Positions 1 to 5,744 of a stretch of 15,931 nt of DNA are shown here, in pieces. Position numbers and translations under genes: made by a program. Below the pieces are notes generated by a model, which ran no database searches, had not been told where the DNA came from, and was given only the letters and a program-made list of their open reading frames with translations. The stretch covers positions 1 to 15,931 of the forward strand of contig CBFDDT010000086.1 in assembly GCA_965603635.1 (NCBI GenBank). Reading direction: 5' to 3'. Within the stretch, counting starts at the first letter, position 1. Every line of letters begins with the position of its first letter. This DNA comes from an uncultured bacterium. GTDB taxonomy: Bacteria > Pseudomonadota > Alphaproteobacteria > UBA8366 > JADFVY01.

Positions 1-53
1 GGCCGGGTGGGGGAGCGGGCCGGTGCCGCCCACGCAAGTGGGGAAAGCTCCAA

Positions 54-76
54 GCCGGCGCTGCTACTGCGCCGGC
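54..76 (-). terminator. Putative hairpin overlapping the flotillin stop codon (8-bp stem GCCGGCGC/GCGCCGGC, 7-nt loop).
   Basis: A perfect 8-bp inverted repeat. On the minus strand it is followed by TTGGAGCTTT. The U-tract is weak. Confidence 0.25.
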
Positions 77-1908
77 TTGTTTGCGCCGCTGCCCAGGAAA
101 TCGCCCAGCACGCCGGCGGCGCCGGTCAGGCTGTCGGCGCCGTTCTCGCCGCCCATGGTGAAGACGCGCTCGGGCACGAACTTGTGGGCGTTGTTCAGCG
201 CCGCGGCCAGCACTTCGGGATTGTTGTCGAAGAAATCCAGCAGGCGGCCGATCACGAATTCGAACTTGCGCAGTTCGACCACGCGATCCTCGCCCAGCAC
301 CGCGGCCTGGGTCTTCTGACCCTCGGCGATCAGGGTCAGCCTGTCGCGCTCGCCCTGGCCTTCGTTGCGCCGCGCCATGGCGAACTGTTCGGAACGCTTC
401 ACCTCGATCTGCGCCTCGACCAGCTTGTCCTGTTGGTCGGCGGTGGCGCGGGTCTGTTCGGTCATGATGCGCTCGGTCTGCGCGCCGCGCTCCTGATGGT
501 AGGCCTTGGCCAGTTGCTGCGCCAGTTGTTCGCGTTTGCGCGCGACCAGCAGCTCCGGCGGCAGGTCGGGTTCCAGCAGGCGGACTTCCTTGATGTCCAC
601 GCCGGCCTTCAGCCCCTCGTTGCGGATGATCGCCTCGATCCCCTCTTCCAGGGCCGAGCGATTCTCGATCGCGTCCAGCACGCGGACCCGGCGCGTGACG
701 ACCCGCATTTCCGGCTCGCCGTTTTCGTCCAGGATGGGATTGCCGTTCTTGTCGAGGGCCTGTGTCGGCACACGGATCATGCCGCCGGCAACATTTCGCA
801 CCACCGACTGCACGGCCGGGCTCATGATGCGGTCCTCGACCTCTTGCAGCCCGCCCACCGAGGCGACGACGAAGGGCGCGTGCGCGGGCGTCACCTGCAC
901 AAGAACGCGTAGCTGCTGGGCGATAGTCCAGCCCTCGACCTTCAGGAAGATGGCCTCATCGGCGGCGTTCTTCGGCACTGGGATCTTGATTGATTCCTCG
1001 CGCTGGGTGATGAGGCCCTGCTGGTCAACCGCCAGCGATATCTGCCGCCGGGTGAATCCACCGCGATATTCCCAGGTCTGCACGCGTGTATCGACCATCG
1101 TCACGGTATAGGCCTTGGTGTTGATGTAGTATTTGCCGGGATTCAGCGCCTGCTCCCAGATTCCGATGCAGCCGACGGGCACCAGCGGCACGCTTAACCC
1201 GCCGGATGGGCCGGATGCGTCGGAGCGGGCGGTGCAATCCGTCGGCTTGTCGGCCTTCAGGCTGCCGTAGTCGACGCGGGAAAGGACGTTGGATTTGATG
1301 ACGCCGACAAAACCCTTGGGAATGTCGGTGACTGCGCCAAGCTCGACGCGCCACAGAAAGTGGTTGAGGCGATACTTGCCCGGGGTCAGGACGGTGGTTT
1401 GCGATCCTTTTTGCCCGCCGTTTTTAAGAAAATAGGACGCATCGTTCACCATCTTGTCGGCGTCCGCCGCGGGGAAGGGGTCGGCGTAGGTCTGGCCGTC
1501 CTGCAGCGGCGTACCGTCCTTTGCATAGATGAATCCATACTGCCCTGGCGGCACCTCGATCACGTCTTCCATGGTCACGGTAAATTGAATTTGTAGAAAC
1601 GGTTGAAAATGGAAACCTGGCGGCAGGATATCCGCCTGCGGCCCCTTTTCCCCGTCTGTGGCGATGATTGCGCCGGCCCCCAGGGAATCGCCCAGATACA
1701 CCTTTTCCAAATGTCCCGCCTGATCCTTGTCTACAAATACGAAGGATGTGGAGGCCGCGATGATCAGGGCCGCCACGACAGACAGAATTCTCACGGCGAA
1801 GCGGACGGAGCCGAGAATCCGGTCCTTTGCCGGATCCTGCGAGGTGATGAAGCCGGGCAGGAAAACCGCCAAAAGGATGGCGAGAACGGTGAGAATAATC
1901 GTGATCAT
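64..1908 (-). CDS. Flotillin-like SPFH/band-7 membrane protein (YqiK/FloT family). It has an N-terminal TM helix, an SPFH domain and a C-terminal coiled-coil flotillin region rich in EA/KR/Q repeats.
   Basis: A 614-aa ORF. The N-terminus MITIILTVLAILLAVFLPGF is a TM helix. The C-terminal ~200 aa (…ARKREQLAQQLAKAYHQERGAQTERIMTEQTRATADQQDKLVEAQIEVKRSEQFAMARRNEGQGERDRLTLIAEGQKTQAAVLGEDRVVELRKFEFVIGRLLDFF…) is typical flotillin coiled-coil. A GAAGGG SD lies 8 nt upstream of the ATG at 1908. The plus-strand ORF 7..912 on the opposite strand is a shadow. Confidence 0.85.
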   Translation of the reverse strand: MITIILTVLAILLAVFLPGFITSQDPAKDRILGSVRFAVRILSVVAALIIAASTSFVFVDKDQAGHLEKVYLGDSLGAGAIIATDGEKGPQADILPPGFHFQPFLQIQFTVTMEDVIEVPPGQYGFIYAKDGTPLQDGQTYADPFPAADADKMVNDASYFLKNGGQKGSQTTVLTPGKYRLNHFLWRVELGAVTDIPKGFVGVIKSNVLSRVDYGSLKADKPTDCTARSDASGPSGGLSVPLVPVGCIGIWEQALNPGKYYINTKAYTVTMVDTRVQTWEYRGGFTRRQISLAVDQQGLITQREESIKIPVPKNAADEAIFLKVEGWTIAQQLRVLVQVTPAHAPFVVASVGGLQEVEDRIMSPAVQSVVRNVAGGMIRVPTQALDKNGNPILDENGEPEMRVVTRRVRVLDAIENRSALEEGIEAIIRNEGLKAGVDIKEVRLLEPDLPPELLVARKREQLAQQLAKAYHQERGAQTERIMTEQTRATADQQDKLVEAQIEVKRSEQFAMARRNEGQGERDRLTLIAEGQKTQAAVLGEDRVVELRKFEFVIGRLLDFFDNNPEVLAAALNNAHKFVPERVFTMGGENGADSLTGAAGVLGDFLGSGANKPAQ

Positions 1909-2017
1909 GGCAGGGCCCTTCGGTTTCCGCGCGGCATGCAGCCAAGCCGCGAGGAAATACTGCCAAGGAACCCGTTAATTAGAAGTGAAGGAAATTGCCG
2001 TGGGTCGGATTTTGAGG

Positions 2018-2671
2018 TCAGGGCAGATTAAGCCGGATCCGGAAGGCCATGCGTTCAATCCAGGCCTGTTCGCCTTCGATCAGGTTTCCAAGTTCAAGGG
2101 CTTCGATGGTCAGCACCCCGTACGCCTTGGGCACGGCCTTGAGTCGCTCTTCCGCTTTCGTTACGTCGCCCTGGTCTCGATCTTCCGGCCACATCAGTAT
2201 CTCCAGGGCCTCATGCGCGGCCTGATAGCCGGCGCCGTCCATCACGAAGGCGAAATACCGGGTATTTTGGGGTGCGTTTACATACCCTTTGCCGGGCTTG
2301 TTGGGACCGCTATTGTCAACGTTACGGAAATGCCAGCCCTGGATAACGGCCGGGTTGATCCCGCGGTATGGGGGTGTTGCGATGACGACCTGGTTGCGTT
2401 CGCGGTTCACAGGATCGCCGATCCAGATCGACCAGCCGTGCCCTACGGGTATCAACCTGAACTCGAACGCTTGTTCATCATGCTCGAACGAGTGGACGAT
2501 GGTATCGCCGCGCTGAGCCTCGCCCCGCAGCAACAGAGGGTCCGCCGCCGCCGGCGCGGAGGCGGCGAGCAGAAGCAGGGCCGCCGGTATGATCCATCCT
2601 GATTTTCGCATTCCACCTGCGAAAATAGCACCACCTGTCGGGTGATACCAATGGCGATCTTGCGTAGCCAT
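2018..2671 (-). CDS. Secreted/exported hypothetical protein of unknown family, immediately upstream of and co-oriented with the flotillin-like gene. The start is uncertain: the ATG at 2671, or the ATG at 2611 which begins a classic Sec signal peptide.
   Basis: The ORF is 217 aa. From M21 the sequence MRKSGWIIPAALLLLAASAPAAA|DP has the n/h/c regions of a cleavable signal peptide. The mature part is well mixed in composition, and I recognise no domain. Only 110 nt separate its stop from the flotillin start, with no obvious terminator. An AAGGG lies 9 nt upstream of the 2671 ATG. The 2611 ATG has AGGTGG motifs at poor spacing. Confidence 0.6.
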   Translation of the reverse strand: MATQDRHWYHPTGGAIFAGGMRKSGWIIPAALLLLAASAPAAADPLLLRGEAQRGDTIVHSFEHDEQAFEFRLIPVGHGWSIWIGDPVNRERNQVVIATPPYRGINPAVIQGWHFRNVDNSGPNKPGKGYVNAPQNTRYFAFVMDGAGYQAAHEALEILMWPEDRDQGDVTKAEERLKAVPKAYGVLTIEALELGNLIEGEQAWIERMAFRIRLNLP

Positions 2672-2739
2672 ACATCAATGCCCTTGGCGGCGGCGCGCGA
2701 AAATGGCAGCATGCGCGGGTGCAATCTGTCGGGGGCGCC
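2612..2739. promoter_or_regulatory. Divergent promoter region between the secreted-protein/flotillin unit and the FGE-lipoprotein/hypothetical unit. It contains direct repeats.
   Basis: CCACCTG occurs at 2613-2619 and 2631-2637. GCGAAAAT(A/G)GCA occurs at 2619-2630 and 2697-2708. Confidence 0.3.
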
Positions 2740-3591
2740 ATGCGACGCTTGGCCATTACGCTTATTTTGTTTATTTTTACGGCCTGCGACGGGCCGCCTA
2801 AACCGCCCGCATGGCCGGCGGTGGTGGAAATTACCGCCGGCCGGTTCATCATGGGGTCCGACGACGAGGAGCGTGAGGCCGCATACCGCATGGACGAAGT
2901 CGCCTACGGCCATGGCACCACACGTGACCGGGCATGGTACGCCCGTGAAATTTTCCGCCGCGAGGTCGAAACCGGCGCCTATTACATCATGCAGTGGCCG
3001 GTCACCAACGATCTTTACGCCAAATTCATCGCGGCGACGGGGCGCCCGGCACCGTTTGTCGACGAGGCGACCTGGAACAGTTCCGGACTGGTTCATCCCT
3101 ATAATCTGGCCCAGCGCCATATGTGGGTCGATGGACGGCCGCCCGAGGCACGCGGCCGGCATCCGGTGGTGCTGGTCAGCCACACCGACGCCAGCGCGTT
3201 CGCGGTGTGGCTTAGTCTGGAGACGGGGGATAACTGGCGGCTGCCCACCGAGGCCGAGTGGGAAAAGGCGGCCCGCGGCATCTACGGCAGGCGCTTCCCC
3301 TGGGGCGACGAGTTTGATCCGGAACGCCTGAACAGCCATGACGCAGGGCCATTCGATACCATGGTTGCGGGCGGAAACCTGTCCGGGATCAGCGCCTTCG
3401 GCATGCTGGACGCGGCGGGTCAGGTCTATGAATGGACGGACACGCCAGCCGCCGATGGCCGCTTTATTGTCAAGGGCGGTTCGTGGGACGACAAGGGTTG
3501 CGGCATTTGCCGGCCCGCGGCGCGCCATAGCCGCCCGGCAACGCTCAAACATATCCTTATCGGCTTTCGTCTGGTGCGCGACGCCGAATGA
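2740..3591 (+). CDS. Lipoprotein with an FGE-sulfatase fold (formylglycine-generating-enzyme / SUMF1-EgtB-PvdO family domain).
   Basis: The hallmark FGE-domain motifs RLPTEAEWEKAARG and …GGSWDD…C..C.RPAAR…IGFRLV are present. The N-terminus MRRLAITLILFIFTAC is a signal peptide with a lipobox Cys. A GGGGG SD lies 5 nt upstream of the ATG at 2740. An in-frame GTG at 2719 is an alternative start. Confidence 0.8.
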   Translation: MRRLAITLILFIFTACDGPPKPPAWPAVVEITAGRFIMGSDDEEREAAYRMDEVAYGHGTTRDRAWYAREIFRREVETGAYYIMQWPVTNDLYAKFIAATGRPAPFVDEATWNSSGLVHPYNLAQRHMWVDGRPPEARGRHPVVLVSHTDASAFAVWLSLETGDNWRLPTEAEWEKAARGIYGRRFPWGDEFDPERLNSHDAGPFDTMVAGGNLSGISAFGMLDAAGQVYEWTDTPAADGRFIVKGGSWDDKGCGICRPAARHSRPATLKHILIGFRLVRDAE

Positions 3592-3674
3592 CCATGGCCG
3601 CTCAGGAATTGGTGATTTGCAGGAAGGCGGCCGCCCTGATAAAAAGTCCCGACAAAAATAAGGGATAAATTTCA

Positions 3675-4412
3675 GTGACGGATTTTGAACCTGTCGATTT
3701 CAGCAGCCTGCCGCGGGGTGAGCTTGAAGCTATGCTCGAGGCTGGCGATAAAGTGCTTGAAACTATACGTGTTCTGGGAAATACCAGCGACAATGTCGTT
3801 GGCGAGTTGTTGACCGAGAGCACGACATTTTACGAATGGAACCATTACCCCGAGGGCGATGTATTCGATCCGCGCAGCAACGCGCAATTTTACTATCACG
3901 CCCATCCAAAGGACGAACGCCCCGGAGAGCACGGCCATTTCCACACATTCCTGCGCCCCAAGGGCATGCCGCCGGGGATCGAACCCGCGCCTGTGCCGGA
4001 ATACACGGCGCCGGAGGGGGAAAACGATGCGCTGAGCCATCTGGTCGCCATTTCCTGCGATTCGGGCGGCGCTCCCATCAAACTGTTCACCACCAATCGC
4101 TGGGTGACGGGTGAGGTCTGGTATAAGGCCGAGGACGTGATCCGGATGCTCAGCTATTTTCAGATCGATCATGTGCGGCCGTCCTGGGCCGTCAATATCT
4201 GGGTTACGAACATGTTGACCCTGTTCCGGCCGCAGATCCGCACGCTGATCGAGGAACGCGACAATGTTGTCGATAACTGGGCCGCGGAAAACGACAGCGC
4301 CGACGTCTATGAAGACCGCGCGCTGGAGGTCACGGCCGAATGCCCGATCTCGGTGGACGACCAGATCGCGGCTGTGCGCGAGGCGCTGAAGAAACCGCAA
4401 ACCGTGGCGTAA
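3675..4412 (+). CDS. Hypothetical cytoplasmic protein of 245 aa. It has a His-rich stretch resembling cupin motif 1 (YYHAHPKDERPGEHGHFH) and an acidic C-terminus.
   Basis: It starts at GTG, with an AAGGGA SD 8 nt upstream. The composition is balanced with hydrophobic periodicity. The opposite-strand ORF 3672..4721 is Arg/His/Pro-rich shadow. The gene lies 83 nt downstream of the FGE-like gene with no terminator-like hairpin, so it is likely co-transcribed. Confidence 0.6.
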   Translation: MTDFEPVDFSSLPRGELEAMLEAGDKVLETIRVLGNTSDNVVGELLTESTTFYEWNHYPEGDVFDPRSNAQFYYHAHPKDERPGEHGHFHTFLRPKGMPPGIEPAPVPEYTAPEGENDALSHLVAISCDSGGAPIKLFTTNRWVTGEVWYKAEDVIRMLSYFQIDHVRPSWAVNIWVTNMLTLFRPQIRTLIEERDNVVDNWAAENDSADVYEDRALEVTAECPISVDDQIAAVREALKKPQTVA

Positions 4413-4441
4413 CGGCCGGTAACGCAAGCAGCGAATTCGCC

Positions 4442-4951
4442 CTACCCGCGTGCCGGCTTTACATAGGTGACGCGAACCTTCGCGGTACCTTGCTGCACGA
4501 AGCCCAGATGTTTGGCGGCGGCGTAGGAAAGATCGATGATGCGCTTCTTGCTGAAGGGGCCGCGGTCGGCGATGACGACGATGACCGAGCGGCCGCTCGC
4601 CAGATTGGTGACCCTGACCTGGGTGCCGGTGGGCAGGGTCGTGTGGGCCGCCGTCATCTCGTACATATTGTATTTGCGGCCGGTGGCGGTGGGTTTGCCG
4701 TGGAAATCCTTGCCGTACCATGAGGCCATGCCGGTACGGTCGTAGGACCGGTCGTCGCGCGGCACGTAGAGCACGCCCGCCACCTTGTATGGTTTGCCCA
4801 GCTTGTAGGGAATATCGGTTGGGGGCGCCTTGGCCTGGCCCGTCGCGGCCTCGCCATGGGTCGCGCTACCGCCACAGGCCGAAAGGATCGTTGCGGTCAG
4901 CAGCAACATGGTCGCCTGTTTTATCTGAAAATTACGCAAAAACCGGATCAT
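4442..4951 (-). CDS. rlpA: RlpA-like lipoprotein with a double-psi beta-barrel (DPBB) domain, of the septal-ring lytic transglycosylase RlpA family. It lacks a SPOR domain.
   Basis: The DPBB signature GMASWYG…KPTATGRKYNMYEMTAAHTTLPTGTQVRVTNLASGRSVIVVIADRGPF is present. The signal peptide MIRFLRNFQIKQATMLLLTATILSAC has a lipobox (LSAC). The best start is the ATG at 4951, preceded by GAGGCGAGGG. The listed ORF extends to 4990 but has no SD there. Confidence 0.8.
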   Translation of the reverse strand: MIRFLRNFQIKQATMLLLTATILSACGGSATHGEAATGQAKAPPTDIPYKLGKPYKVAGVLYVPRDDRSYDRTGMASWYGKDFHGKPTATGRKYNMYEMTAAHTTLPTGTQVRVTNLASGRSVIVVIADRGPFSKKRIIDLSYAAAKHLGFVQQGTAKVRVTYVKPARG

Positions 4952-5016
4952 GACCCTCGCCTCGGAAATTGAATTACACAATCCGTGCATTCAGCCTGAT
5001 TCGGGTTTGTAAAAGG

Positions 5017-5733
5017 TTAATCGCCGCGATCTTTGCGTTCGGTCGCGGTCGCATTTTCAGCCGCCGTACGCTTGTTGTCGAGATGCCGTCGCAGGACTTC
5101 CGCCAGCCGTTTGCCATCGCGGTCGTTCAGCGCCTCCAGCATTTCCTCATGCTCCCTGATCGCCTGATCCCATCGTTCCGCCGCCATGTTCGCGGCGAAA
5201 CGGTGCCGGCGGATACGGCCGCCGAGCCGCCTGTGGGTCTCCAGCAGCACCGCATTGCCGGATAATTCGACTATTTTTTCGTGGATCCGCTGGTTCAGCT
5301 TGAAATATTCCAGCCGTTCGCCGCGCGTTCTGTGCAGGGCCATCTGGTAGTGCAGCACGCGGATTTCGGCGACATCGTCATCGCCGAGATTGCCGCAGGC
5401 CAACTCGCCCGCCAACGCTTCCAGCACCCCGATAACACGGAAAGTATCCTCGATATCTTCCAGACTTGGCGAGGCGACCGATGCACCGCGGTTGGGCTGC
5501 AACAGGATCAGGCCTTCCGATGTCAGCGTCTTGATGGCCTCGCGCAACGGCGTGCGCGACAAACCCATGCGGTCGCACAGCGACTGTTCGGTGATGCGTT
5601 CGCCCGGTGTCAGTTCGCCCTCGACAATCAAGTCGCGCAGGCGCTCCGCGGCCTCTTCATGCAGCGGTCGGCGCGAGCGGCGGTCCGGATCTTTCTCCGC
5701 TAAATCTACGCGTTCCCAACTATTTTCGGTCAT
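5017..5733 (-). CDS. GntR-family transcriptional regulator of the FadR/FCD subfamily, with an N-terminal winged HTH and a C-terminal FCD ligand-binding domain.
   Basis: The HTH segment is LHEEAAERLRDLIVEGELTPGERITEQSLCDRMGLSRTPLREAIKTLTSEGLI, and the C-terminal all-helical domain is typical of FCD. The ATG at 5733 is preceded by GAGGGA at 7-nt spacing. The SD overlaps the TGA stop of the upstream oxidase gene, indicating translational coupling. The listed ORF start at 5748 is a TTG within that SD. Confidence 0.85.
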   Translation of the reverse strand: MTENSWERVDLAEKDPDRRSRRPLHEEAAERLRDLIVEGELTPGERITEQSLCDRMGLSRTPLREAIKTLTSEGLILLQPNRGASVASPSLEDIEDTFRVIGVLEALAGELACGNLGDDDVAEIRVLHYQMALHRTRGERLEYFKLNQRIHEKIVELSGNAVLLETHRRLGGRIRRHRFAANMAAERWDQAIREHEEMLEALNDRDGKRLAEVLRRHLDNKRTAAENATATERKDRGD

Positions 5734-5744
5734 GCCTGCGTCCC

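Noticed and set aside
7-912. 301-aa plus-strand ORF antisense to the flotillin gene
   Set aside because: It is Ala/Gly/Leu/His-rich and of low complexity, as expected for a GC-rich shadow frame. The minus-strand product has a clear flotillin domain structure.
2452-3552. 366-aa minus-strand ORF opposite the FGE-like gene
   Set aside because: A shadow of a gene with a diagnostic FGE domain. It is Arg/Pro/Ala-rich.
4428-4437. Perfect palindrome GCGAATTCGC between the convergent 3675-4412 and rlpA genes
   Set aside because: The palindrome is too short to form a stable stem-loop (3-bp stem with a 4-nt loop) and has no U-tract. It is probably a chance occurrence containing an EcoRI site.
3672-4721. 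349-aa minus-strand ORF overlapping the 3675-4412 gene and the 3' end of rlpA
   Set aside because: It is Arg/His/Pro/Gly-rich and low in complexity, and it runs across a convergent gene junction. The plus-strand 245-aa product is protein-like and has an SD.
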